Source of the DNA: Eledone cirrhosa
Taxonomy: Eukaryota
Assembly (NCBI GenBank): GCA_964016885.1
Contig: OZ024741.1
Coordinates: 232,872,001-232,936,000 of the forward strand
Reading direction: 5' to 3'
Length of the DNA: 64,000 nt
Shown: positions 12,201 to 24,412 of the stretch, one piece after another
Layout of the letters: every line of letters starts with the position of its first letter
How positions within the stretch are numbered: the first letter of the stretch is position 1
Position numbers and translations under genes: made by a program
Notes under the pieces: generated by a model
Told to the model about the DNA's origin: nothing
The model's input: the letters and a program-made list of their open reading frames with translations, nothing else
Databases searched by the model: none

Positions 12201-12701
12201 AAATCTCTGGCCTGGCAGTGCTACCGAGGAGCCTTGCCAGTTCGGGATAAACTCTACAGGCATGGAGGTGCCGTCAGCCGGGCATGTCCGAGATGCGCGC
12301 AGGGCGACGAAACCGTCCTGCACGCACTCGTCCAGTGTCCGAAAATTGCTGACTTGTGGGTTTATGTCGAACACCTGCTGTCGCGTTTAGGACGGATCCA
12401 GCTATCATCTGAGTCTATCGTGAGGATTGCCCCGCCCTCCTCCTTTAGCCGGGAAGGGCAGGCAGTTTTTATCTGTCTGGTGGCCATGGCGAAAGAGATA
12501 GTATGGTGGACACGTTTGAAAGGGCTGAAGACGAGCACTTACCTCTTCGGTGATGCTCTGATTGACTTTTTCAAATTTCATTTGAAAAGGAAAATCAGAG
12601 TAGAGAAGGAAGTGCTCTCTTCCCAGCATTTTGTTGAAAGATGGGTGAGAGAAGCAAGAATGGCCCGAGTGAATGGGCCAACTCTGAGTATATATCTGTA
12701 A
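9282..12701 (+). CDS. LINE ORF2: APE endonuclease + reverse transcriptase + C-terminal zinc finger (1139 aa)
   Basis: SINARGL, ISET, GDWN, YLDR, TDH (APE); KSPGLDGL, FRPITLLN, LDQSKAFDRV, VRQGCPLS, YADD (RT); CPRC...ETVLHALVQC. Confidence 0.95.
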   Translation: MTSLRIGSINARGLGSSWKQGHLLNDLRSLNIDVVAISETRISEARAFAPIFGGYDVYASPSRPGSGGGVAVLFRRGLDLAIRAIFLDPEGKLVVLDVTSGDGQAFRLVAVYAPTGAGRPDFFRRLETFLGTLRSLVLVGDWNGILDARWDCVGLADRGGGCKSLTNLLRRFELSDRYRLDFPNVPMWTWTNRIGSSRSYLDRVFCREIDRSSIGCPQFKIVSYTDHKFVICVLDLDRLHRRGPGYWKLNASLPARKAYRDRISELVKRALTGAIVNNKWWFALKRAIRIESIRFSKALAIEKNRAEGELVRKLDEALSKGIATDVLAAKLALDQFFNAKHEGCVVRARVRALRHEGTKAVQWARVAEARRGNKATIRSLVDHDGRMLLDPGQMCEAFQRHFAQLFGGSGGPGRGMDFSVYLDGLPRLSATEAKCCEKPITAAEVREAMTGCTRGKSPGLDGLPYELYVQMPDLFGRLLADVYCNWQQNGRIPSSVSRGAVALLRKDPNKGDNIENFRPITLLNTEFKILAKVLAKRLALVVGGLVGEAQTCAIPDRSIHDNLHLMRYIVERVAREPGTGGSLINLDQSKAFDRVDHRYLAAVLRAAGFGPVFRGWIAAMHSDICSVVRVNGHLSEPFNIMRSVRQGCPLSSLLYVLTLEPLLHKLETLRGVPRELGCGRSVSAYADDVTVVVSNAKPIEAIGTTLREYEAVTGAMINQEKSVGLQLGTWRGRSMPSNSVVGRWTDGPVKLLGVWFGPDLQTDKNWDEVTSRVASLTQKWAERKLSLKGRAEVANAYIASVICYRLTVVPCPKPRLTVLERLLFRFLWKGRAPMVRRSICCQHPLRGGLGMPWLMMRRHALRLRHLHLFLDGDQVWSPFARRVFPQFVSLTELQSWVKRRPRGSAWRLECLQALTALDQSGNVIGGNSTSAFYRGLVEGKSDDVLGETLGVDENQLANLFGRTFGPGPMDNFQKSLAWQCYRGALPVRDKLYRHGGAVSRACPRCAQGDETVLHALVQCPKIADLWVYVEHLLSRLGRIQLSSESIVRIAPPSSFSREGQAVFICLVAMAKEIVWWTRLKGLKTSTYLFGDALIDFFKFHLKRKIRVEKEVLSSQHFVERWVREARMARVNGPTLSIYL

Positions 12702-13017
12702 ACTAAAGGTGGAAAACTGGGAGAGGGCACTTGCCTTGGTGGTCAGGGTCATTGTGGCTTTTTACTGGGCTTTCTCCACAAATGTCCCTCCGAAGTCTCC
12801 CCCCTATTGGGGAATTTTTCATTGTTATTTTCATTGTTATTTTTGTTACATCCTCTGTTTTTGTTTTTTTACACGCAGAAATGCCCATTTGTACCGTCCT
12901 GCATTGTCCTGCACTGTCCTTAATGTCTACTTTATGTAAACCCTTGTGGTTAATAAAGAAATCATTATTATTATTATTATTATTATTAATATTATTATTA
13001 TTATTATTATTATTATT

Positions 13018-14775
13018 ACGGCCAGATTTTTTCAGACGTCTAGAGACCTTTCTTGGAACGTCCCGCTCTATAGTGTTAGTGGGTGACTGGAACGGTATCT
13101 TAGATGCACGCTGGGATTATGTGGGGCTAGTAAATAAGGGAGGAGGATGTGAAAGCCTCACCAACCTGTTCAGACGTTTCAACTGTCTGACAGGTATCGA
13201 CTGCATTATCCGAGTGTGCCAATGTGGAGATGGGCAAACCGCATCGGGTCATCCAGATCGTATCTAGATAGGGTATTGTGTAAGGAAACAGATAAGGCTA
13301 GCCTAGGTTGTCCACAATTTAAAGTAGTCGGCTATTCGGAGCACAAATTTGTGATCTGTGAAGTAGACTTAGATAGACTTCATAGGCAGGGACTCGGTTA
13401 CTGGAAGCTTAAAGCGTCTTTACCGGCGCGCAAATCTTACAGAGACCAGATAAGCGAATTAGTTAAGCGTGCGTTGACCGGTGCGATCGTCAACAACAGG
13501 TGGTGGTTTACTCTGAAAAGGGCAGTTAGAGTAGAATCAATAAGGTTTAGCAAAGGAGTAAAGATAGAGGAAAATAGAGTAGAAGGAGAGCTAGTTAGAA
13601 AGCTAGAAGAGGCGTTTAGGACAGGCATCGCAACCGACGTGCTTGCGGCAAGATTGGGACTCGACCAATTCTTCAATGCAAAGCACGAAGGCTGCGTTGT
13701 CAGAGCTAGAGCGCGTGCTCTGAGACAAGAGGGGACAAAAGTTGTCCAATGGGCTCGGGTGGTGGAGGCGCGACGTGGCAACAAAGCCATAGTTCAATCC
13801 TTGCCTGACCAAATCGAACACATGTTACACGAACCCGAGCAGATGTGTAAGGATTTTCAGCAGCAGTTTGATCAACTGTTTGATCAACTTAGATCAATCT
13901 AAGGCATTTGAAAGGGTCGACCATCGGTACATGGCGGCGGTCCTCGAGGCGGCTGGTTTCGGGCCCATTTTCAGGGGTTGGATCGCTGCGATGAACAGCG
14001 ACATCTGCTCAGTTGTGAAGGTGAACGGTCATTTGTCACAGCCGTTCAGCATCATGCGCTCCGTCCGTCAGGGTTGTCCCCTCTCGTCACTCTTGTACGT
14101 ATTTTCCCTAGAGCCGTTACTGCACAAATTGGAGGCGATGAGAGATGCCCCACGCGAACTGGGATATGGGAGATCTGTATTGGCTTACGCCGACGACGTG
14201 ACCGTGGTGGTGTCAAGCGCCGGACATGTCCAGATGCGCGGCACCGCTCTCGAGGAATATGAAGCAGTGACAGGAGCAAAATTAAACCAGGAGAAGTCGG
14301 TGGGTTTGCAGCTCGGCACCTGGAGAGGAAAGTCCCTGCCGCCCGACAGCGTCGCGGGGAGCTGGACGGAAGGACCGGTTAAATTGCTCGGGGTCTGGTT
14401 CGGTCAGGACATCCAGATGGAGAAAAGCTGGAGCGAGGTGACGAACAGGGTGGCCTCTCTCACCCGGGAAATGGGCCAAGAGGAAGCTGTCCCTGAAAGG
14501 TCGGGCAGCGGTGGCGAATGCGTTCATCGCATCCGTCATCTGATACCGCCTAACCGTTCTGCCTTACCCCGGCTCAACTCTGACAAAAATGGAGCGCCTA
14601 CTCTTCCGCTTTTTATGGAAGGGACGTGCTCCCATGGTCAGACGATCCATCTGTTATCAACACCCGTTGCGGGAATGGGTGGGCATGCAGCGGCTGATGA
14701 TGCGCAAACACGCGCTGGGGCTACGACATATCTGGTGCTTCCTTGGCGGTGACAAGGTGAGGTCACCGTTTGGTA
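13018..14775 (+). mobile_element. 5'- and 3'-truncated, internally deleted Tx1-like ORF2 fragment
   Basis: Starts directly after the (ATT)n tail of the intact copy; ORFs 13216..13902 and 13868..14752 are homologous to ORF2. Confidence 0.9.
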
Positions 14776-15282
14776 CTAAATAGCAAACAAAAATTGTAAC
14801 TTGATCCTAAAATCCCAGAAACTCAGAAATAAGAAAAGTCAAATTGCTAGCTAAATCACGCCCCCCCCCCCCCCCCCCCCCCCTCAAAAATAAAATCCCA
14901 CGTTGTGCTCATCCGCTTTGGCAAACCTTAAACCAGACAAAACATAAATAATGCACATCCTAAATTTTCCAAATTATGTTGATAAAGTTGAAGAAAATAT
15001 ATATACAATATTCTCTCCCTCAATAGTTGGATGCAATGATCTATTAATCCCTTTTTTTATCCAACTAACTATCTACGAGAGAGCAGCTCGCCCAGGACTC
15101 AGTTTACTCTAAACTGTAACAATATAAAAACAAACAACAAATACTGTTTGATGTCACAAAGAAACCCTTCAGATAAATCCCTTGAAAATATTTTATTTAT
15201 GCAACAATAAAAAATATTTGCTATCTTTAAATTTGAGATGTTGTTTTTACATCATGACTTATTGATATTAATTTATTTTCAG

Positions 15283-15417
15283 AATGTACCCCGGGAACAT
15301 ATGGTAACGCCTGTAAAGGGAAATGTAACTGTCTAAATGATATCGCTTGCGACCCAGTCACTGCAATATGCCCAAATGGATGCCCTCCTGGCTATATACC
15401 AACAACTTGCCAAACAC
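15283..15417 (+). CDS. Host EGF-like exon B
   Basis: ttattttcAG acceptor, GTTGGT donor; 135 nt, phase 1-1; ECTPGTYGNACKGKCNCLNDIACDPVTAICPNGCPPGYIPTTCQT. Confidence 0.88.
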
Positions 15418-15676
15418 GTTGGTAACTTTATTTTTCCATTTGTCATAAAAGTTTATTGCAAATTTTGATCTTTATAAATTCTAAAATAATCTTGTGGTGG
15501 AAAAAAACCTGTGAAGTGACAAAGAGCATAAACAGGGGGGACGGAAAATATCTGCTACAAATATCAAAGAGAACAAGGGAATAATTAACATGCACTGAAA
15601 AGCGTGACAAAAAGGATATGCCATAGTTGGTGCAAGGGAAACAAATCAAATGATAATCACCACAAATTAAAGAAAT

Positions 15677-15867
15677 AATTGTTTCTATTTCCGGCACAAG
15701 GCCTGCAATTACTCAGTGTATTACTGGTACTTTATTTTATCGACCCCATAAGGATGAAAGGCAAAGTTAACCTCGGCGGGATTTGAACTCAGGATGGCAA
15801 GGGCCGTAACTCTTTGCGTCAAAGCATGGCTTCCGACCCTCTACCGATACTGCCAATCCACCGCCCA
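15677..15867 (-). mobile_element. tRNA-derived SINE copy
   Basis: Reverse complement of the SINE consensus. Confidence 0.85.
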
Positions 15868-17092
15868 ATTAAATTAAAGAAATAATGAATGAACGATTAT
15901 AAAACCGTACCTCAAATTGCAATACGGTACATTTAAATAATATATTTGTTTGGGTCTCTATAGTTGAAGCAAGCCACTTGTTTGAAACAGATATTTGCCT
16001 TACAAATTCAAACGTCATTTCTCCTTTTACAGTGATTTGTGTGGTTGGCTTGTTAAGCATTTCTACTCACAAGATTCTGTATTCCATCCCCACTATCTTC
16101 CAACATAAAATGAAATGACACAATCATCGTGAGCAAGACAACAACTATGTAGAAGCCCCAGCTAGACTGTAACTTTACTTCAATGTGGCAATCTTATTAT
16201 ATATGCTAACACACTTGGTTCTGGACTAGTGTCTGTAATAATTAGATACATAACCGTGATTCACTGAATGTATTATTGTATATACGTATTTCTGTTGAAA
16301 GAATGTAGGCATTTCTCTTGAACAACTTCAACATCTATAAAAGGAACGTGTGTATTGCACATTTAAAATTAAGACTAGCTATCCATAATTTACTTAACAA
16401 ATTCGTTGCTCGGTAAGTGATTGAGGCAGATATGTATAGAATTCAGAAGCGAAACAAAATGGGAACATCATTTAAAAGAGTAAGAAGAAAGAAAAATGAG
16501 AAAGCAAAAAAATGGGAAACAAATCGAATCTACTTTATGAGTGAGAGAATGAGAGGGAGGTTGTATTAGAAGGAATATCAGGCATTACAAATATATAGCA
16601 ATACTTAATGAGTAAGGAATAGAAAATGTAAAAGATAGAGGGCTACACTGAAAGAGACGCAAACATATTATTAGATGCAAATGATATGCGAACACTTTTA
16701 GAAAGAGGCTTCCCCAATGATTGCATACAATTAAAAACATCAACAAATGTTATTCTTTAGATGTATAATATTGCAATTTGATCTAAACATTTGTAATTAC
16801 ATTCATTCCTTTCTTCTTTCTTTAATTTGAGGTGATTAAAAATTGGATTGTTATATATATATTGCAAAGAGTATACCATATGTCATGTCGAAAGCCCATG
16901 TGCATTCAGTATGGACCAAATGTCAGTAGAGCATTTCAAAATATAATAACACCTTTATTTAGTAAATATTAATTGTAAAAATGTTATATTTTTAAATGAT
17001 TCAGTGACGTTCAGGCCACCAAGTATACATATATGTCAACCGGCCCACCTACGTATCGAATGCTCTAGTTAGTGAACCAACAATAACGTTAA

Positions 17093-17123
<31 letters not shown>

Positions 17124-17204
17124 TTAAACATACATATATACATATATATATATATTTATTTATACATGCATATATATACAGATATATATAGAGAGAGAGA
17201 GAAA

Positions 17205-17298
17205 GACTTTGATAAAGGCACTTGCTCAAAGTGAGTGCAGTAAGATCGAACCCAGAACCATAGGTTTGCTACGCGAGCTACTTACCACTCAGCCATGA
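17205..17298 (-). mobile_element. Head of a second tRNA-derived SINE family
   Basis: The - strand reads tggctgagtggtaag...gggttcgatc (A/B-box-like), then gagcaagtgcc. Confidence 0.55.
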
Positions 17299-17302
17299 AG
17301 TA

Positions 17303-19042
<1,740 letters not shown>

Positions 19043-19523
19043 ATATATGTATACACATACATACATAAAGAAGAGATATGTATCATAAGAAAGGAGGAAA
19101 AAGAAAAAAGTGTGATACAATATACTAGACGCCAATAGCCGAAGTGAGGTGTGCTCAATGCTTAGGGGTCCAGTGTTAAATATTATAGAAAGGTTAACCT
19201 TTAATGAAGATTAAGCGCAGAAGGTAAGCAGAGCAAGTACAAACAGAAGTATAAACATAATTTATGCACTCTGATGTCTATTTACCTCTCCTTTAAAGGA
19301 ATGTTTATCCAAGGAATGATTAGTGGACTAACCTTAAATAACATCAATATAAACAATTCGTTCTTCTCTGAAGATTCTATACTAATATCATTAACAAATA
19401 TGTATATGCCTGCGTTCACGCACAAAAATATGTGTGAACTTTTACTCGTTATTGTATAGATGAAACACACTATAAGATGTAAAGTTTGGTTTTAAACGTA
19501 TTGCCTTCTCCTCCATGCATTCT

Positions 19524-19561
<38 letters not shown>

Positions 19562-19652
19562 CCAAAGATTAATATGGTTCGTTGATTATTCAACGAATAC
19601 AATTTTACAATAGATTAGAAGCACTCGACAAAAAACTTTCCTGGAGTATTTA

Positions 19653-20076
19653 ATATTATTCAAAAGATTAATAAATGAAAAATATTCTCATAATCGAAAT
19701 ATATATTTTATTATACATATTTCAAAGGTACAATGGTGTTTAAGTACGTTTTCATCAGACAAAATATAAGATTTGATATGCGACATACCGCTACGGTTTT
19801 GATTATTCAATTCCAATAGTGGCAGTGATTTATTTCCTCTTCTTCTCTAAGTTTATCATATTATTTGTGGTATAAAAACGTTGAGGGTTGGTGAAATAAA
19901 TCACTGCCACTATTGGAATTGAATAATCAAAACCGTAGCGGTATGTCGCATATCAAATCTTATATTTTGTCTGATGAAAACGTACTTAAACACCATTGTA
20001 CCTTTGAAATATGTATAATAAAATATATATTTTGATTATGAGAATATTTTTCATTTATTAATATGTTGAATAATAT
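19653..20076. mobile_element. Fold-back element, ~183-bp arms, 56-bp spacer
   Basis: 19653-19836 vs 19893-20076, near-perfect. Confidence 0.8.
19963..20025 (+). ncRNA. Minimal type-I hammerhead ribozyme motif (inverted twin at 19704-19766)
   Basis: tattttgt CTGATGA aaacgtac..gtaccttt GAAA tatgta TA ataaaata. Confidence 0.65.
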
Positions 20077-20555
20077 ATATATATATAGTAAAAAAAGAGA
20101 AAAACAATAGAAAATGCTAAAGGGATTTTCTCTCAGAATATGGTCAAAACAATTATTTACAAAATAGGACTTTTCGCATAATTTGTACCGGTTTCAGCTT
20201 GTAGGCTTTTTCACACGACGGAAGTGTATAATGCAATTAAATTGCATATTAATAAGAACAATAAGAATATGGGGAAAAAATTGTCTTTACATACATATAT
20301 AAAGAGAAAAGTTAACATTCTGGGCTATAGTTTTTTTTTCTTTCTCTCTTAGTGTTGACCTTAGCTGTGTCAGCATTAATAGTGTCTTCATGATTGGTCC
20401 CAATGTCTGTAAATCTAGCTAAAGGTAGATTAAATGGGATTTTGTTTGTCATATTTGATCGAAAATGTATAAGCTTAACCGTACTTAACTATACACCCAC
20501 ATACACACACAGACTCACACACACACACAAACACATACACACACACACAACGCAC

Positions 20556-20586
<31 letters not shown>

Positions 20587-20821
20587 CGTGTGTGCGTATG
20601 TGTGCATGTAGGTGTTAATGCACTTGTTTAGGAGATGGTGGTGGGATTTGAAAATTGAATTGTATTAGTAATTACGGCGTATATTTTGACGGCAGAAAAT
20701 AGTCTAATATTAACAGCGCGGACAAGCCCCCACCCACCCCACCCCCCAAAGTAAAAGAATGGCGTCTTTTTATTTTTAGACTAATTTCTATAGTAAAAAA
20801 ACCGTAAAAATACTAAAATTA

Positions 20822-20860
<39 letters not shown>

Positions 20861-21485
20861 GTCTCTCATTTGCATCTAGATATTCTTTGTTTTTGATTCA
20901 TGTGATAGAAGAAGATATTAATTGATTGTTTGTCTAATTATTAAATTTTATACTTTAAATTCATCTTCCGTTCTACTGTACGGTACTATCGTTCAATATA
21001 TAGATAATATATCTGTAATATCGAATATCTATTTATTATATTTTTTTTATTTGCTTCAATCAAGATTTTAAATCTTAATTTCTAATTTTCATACTTAGTG
21101 CCAATTTTAATTTCCATTGTAAAACCATAATATCTAGACCCTAGAATAAGTATATATTATCTTCGCAAGTGATGGTCAATTCTATTGTCCAAGCATAATT
21201 TAAGGGTAGTATTGAAACCTATTGAAACTTAAGCTCTACCACTACCACAGAGTTCCTTCCTTCACATTTGTGTTTGCACAAGGATGTGGAGGTGAATTGG
21301 GGCTCACAAGGGAAAGGGCAAAAATTCAAGAACATCACCTTTGTCCGGTCTCTTGTCGCTTCAATATGGATTGCTTCGGGAACGTAACGTTTTTATGTAA
21401 GATGCTGTCTGATGAAATCATGGCAGTGGATACGCGGAATCACCTGACGACTGACTGTAATATCTGAAACTACTTAACATCTTAT

Positions 21486-21588
<103 letters not shown>

Positions 21589-21696
21589 GAAACACGGTAT
21601 GTTTATAAATAAACATTTAGAAAGCCATAGCTATGCATAAACACCGGCATCTGTCGCCACCTGGCGTTATACAGCAGCAGGAAGGGTGACAATCAG

Positions 21697-21736
21697 CGAT
21701 GCATTTCGAACTGAACTGGTTCTCATCAGGACAATC
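21697..21736 (-). ncRNA. Minimal type-I hammerhead motif (partial direct repeat at ~21890-21925)
   Basis: attgtc CTGATGA gaac cagttca gttc GAAA tgca TC; the second copy supplies the stem-I partner gacgat. Confidence 0.65.
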
Positions 21737-22062
21737 ATTCCCGCTGTTGCAACTGCTGGACTTTGAAAACAGGCGAGATAATATAGTTTTCTCGTCTGTG
21801 TAAATGAGGTGATTAATCTCATTTGCACATAAGGCTGTATAAGTTGGCTCAACTTATAATAGAATAGAATTAGAATTTACCATCGAACATCGTCGATGCA
21901 TTTCGAAATGAACTGGTTCTCATAGAATTCCACATGAAAATGTGTAGGTACATTTGTTCAGTACCTACTGTGTTATATTGGACAGGCGAAGTGTAATATT
22001 GTGTGATTGATGCATAAAAGGCAATGGAAAACTATAGTTTAAAATATACTTCTCTTTTGCAG

Positions 22063-22194
22063 AATGCAGTAACGGCACGTTTGGAGACAATTGTAATATG
22101 ACTTGTCATTGCATTGATGATAAGTGTAACCATATAACTGGTCATTGTGCTAATGGTTGTGCGGCTGGGTATTTTGGTGTTGCCTGCCAAAATT
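22063..22194 (+). CDS. Host EGF-like exon C
   Basis: tctcttttgcAG acceptor, GTGAGT donor; 132 nt; QCSNGTFGDNCNMTCHCIDDKCNHITGHCANGCAAGYFGVACQN. Confidence 0.9.
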
Positions 22195-22354
22195 GTGAGT
22201 ATGACATAATGTAAATTATATTACAGTAATTTCTAGATAAGTAACAGTATAACAGCAGTGTAGTTAGCTAAAATCAATAATGCTGCGACACCCCGTATAT
22301 TTGTTTGTAGGTCGTGTGCAGAAATTCTCAAGCGGGCTTTATATACCATTATAT

Positions 22355-22528
22355 ATCTAACCTTGATCTCATGGCAGTCTCGAATGCTTTTTAGTTCCCA
22401 CTTTAAATCCTGGTACCGGTTGATTTTCTCCTTCTCCCTTTCTTGCACTCTTGTGTTAAAAAGGCAGGCTACATCTACAATTAGGCACGATCTTTTTTCC
22501 TTGTCAAAAACCACTAGGTCTGGTCTAT
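22355..22528 (-). mobile_element. R4/Dong-like endonuclease fragment, inverted
   Basis: ORF 22233..22514(-) DKEKRSCLIVDVACLFNTRVQEREKEKINRYQDLKWE. Confidence 0.8.
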
Positions 22529-22552
22529 GATTATGATTTCAACAATAATAAT

Positions 22553-22735
22553 AATTGTTTCTACTTTTGGCACAAGGCCAGCAAATTACCCAGTAAGTAC
22601 ATTACTGGTACTTTATTTTATCGACCCCCGTAAGGATGAAAGGCAAAGTTAACCTCGGCGGGATTTGAACTCAGACCGTAAAGGGATGTAACTATGCTGG
22701 AAAAGATAGCGTCCAACCCACTACCGATACTGCCA
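22553..22735 (-). mobile_element. tRNA-derived SINE copy
   Basis: Same family; (AAT)n on both sides. Confidence 0.85.
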
Positions 22736-22749
22736 ATAATAATAATAAA

Positions 22750-23180
22750 AAAGATCAGGTGAAGGTCCAATGGGATTTTAGGATACAGACGAAGGCTGAC
22801 CTGGACAAGGAAAAAAGATCGTGCTTGATTGTAGATGTAGCCTGCCCATTTTGACACGAGAGTACAAGAAAAGGAGAGGGAGAAAAATAACCGATACCAG
22901 CTTTTAAAGTGTGAGTTAAAAAGGATTTGGAACTGCCATGAAATCAAGATCGTCCCGATTGTCATAGGCCCACTAGGTACTATCTCAAAGAGTTGCCAAG
23001 GATGGTTAAAGAAGATTAGTCCAGCCCCGCCTTTAGGAACACTTCAAAAGGCATGCTTGATGGGAACAGCAAGAATCCTCCGATACGTCCTGAATATCTG
23101 AGGCTGCAGGTAGCGGCTTGATATTCATTTCAACAAACTTTCCAGTTAAATAATACCAATGACTGAGACTCAAAGAACAA
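22750..23180 (+). mobile_element. R4/Dong-like extreme 3' fragment, same family as 47932-49425
   Basis: Same 3' end gactgagactcaaagaac(aat)n. Confidence 0.8.
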
Positions 23181-23269
23181 TAATAATAATAATTGTTTCT
23201 ACTTTTGGCACAAGGCCAGCAATTACCCAATTTTGAAATCATTATTATTATTACAATAATAATAATAAT

Positions 23270-24412
23270 GATTTAATTTATTGGCCACAAGGACCGACGT
23301 GTAGGGGACAATACAAAGACAGGGACAGTGGGGTTTACAATGAGCTCGAGTAAAAGTGTACAAGGGCAAGACTAATTTAACAATGAAGATATGAAAAATA
23401 TAAAATAAACTATACATAAATATAACAAAATAAATTTCCCTATAGGGGGTGGACGACATAGGGGTGACTCAAGTACCCCACCAATCCTATACCACCCTGC
23501 GCTTCTAGGGCCCCCGGGGAGAGCACACCTCTACTCCTCAAATTAGCTAGCCTATAGGGGCATGGTCAGAGTAGGCCCATTCACACGAGCCATTCTCACC
23601 ACATTCATCCACCTTTTAGCAAATGTACTGGGGGAGGCAGCACTTCTCTCTCCACCCTCACCTTCCTTTCCAGCTGAAACTTGAAGAAGTTGATGAGGGA
23701 TTGGCCGAAGAGAAAAGTGTCTGTCTTTAGTCCTTTCAATCTGGTCCATTTCGACCTATTTGACCTATTTCGAAACTGCCACCAGACAGAGCAAAATTGC
23801 CTGCTCTTCCTGACCAAAGGAAAGCGTCGGGTCGATCTTCTCTATAGCCGGATCCGTACTACACGTGACAATAGCTGTTCAACATAAATCCACAAGTCAG
23901 TAATACACGGACATTGGACAAGTGCGTGCAAAATGGTTTCGTCGCTGTGCGCGCATCTTGGTCAGGTCCGTCTGACAGCACTTCTGTGCCTGTAGACTTT
24001 ATCCCGAACCGGCAGTGGCCCCCAGTAGCATTGCCAAGCGAGGGATTTCTGGAAGTTGTCCATCGTCCTCGACTCGAAAGTCCTCCGGAACAGACTGGTC
24101 TGTTCGACTTCGTCGAGACCCAAAACTCCTCCGAGTGCGTCATCGCACTTGCCCGCCTCTAATCCTCTATAGAACTCGAGAGTGGAAGTTCCATTGATCG
24201 CATTGCCCGCTTGGTAGAAGGCAGTGGGTGCCTGGCAACATTCCAGGTGCCAATCACCCAGTCTTGGTCTCTTCTTGACCCAGGACTGCAGCCCCGTCAA
24301 AGAAACGAGCTGCGGAAAGGCCCGTCTGATAAACGGCGACCACACCTGTTGACCGTTTAGGCAGAATATCTAGAGATGTCGCATCCTCAGCGCATGCCTG
24401 CGCATCATTAGC
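23270..24412 (-). mobile_element. 3' fragment of Tx1-like LINE (divergent subfamily) with 3'UTR and tail
   Basis: ORF 23962..24345(-) WSPFIRRAFPQL...MDNFQKSLAWQCY; terminus ccttgtggccaataaa..atc then (ATT)n on the - strand. Confidence 0.9.

Larger units (their letters stand above)
6937..12963 (+). mobile_element. Full-length, apparently intact L1-clade (Tx1-like) non-LTR retrotransposon
   Basis: 5'UTR, two open ORFs, and a 3'UTR with AATAAA (12952-12957); (ATT)n on both sides (6913-6936, 12964-13017). Confidence 0.93.

Noticed and set aside
7255-12400. Antisense and alternative-frame ORFs over the LINE
   Set aside because: Shadows of GC-richer coding sequence; no motifs recognised.
20182-20220. 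Hammerhead-like GAAA ccgg TA on the - strand (also weak candidates at ~582-651 and ~21401-21481)
   Set aside because: CUGANGA core or stems too degenerate to call.
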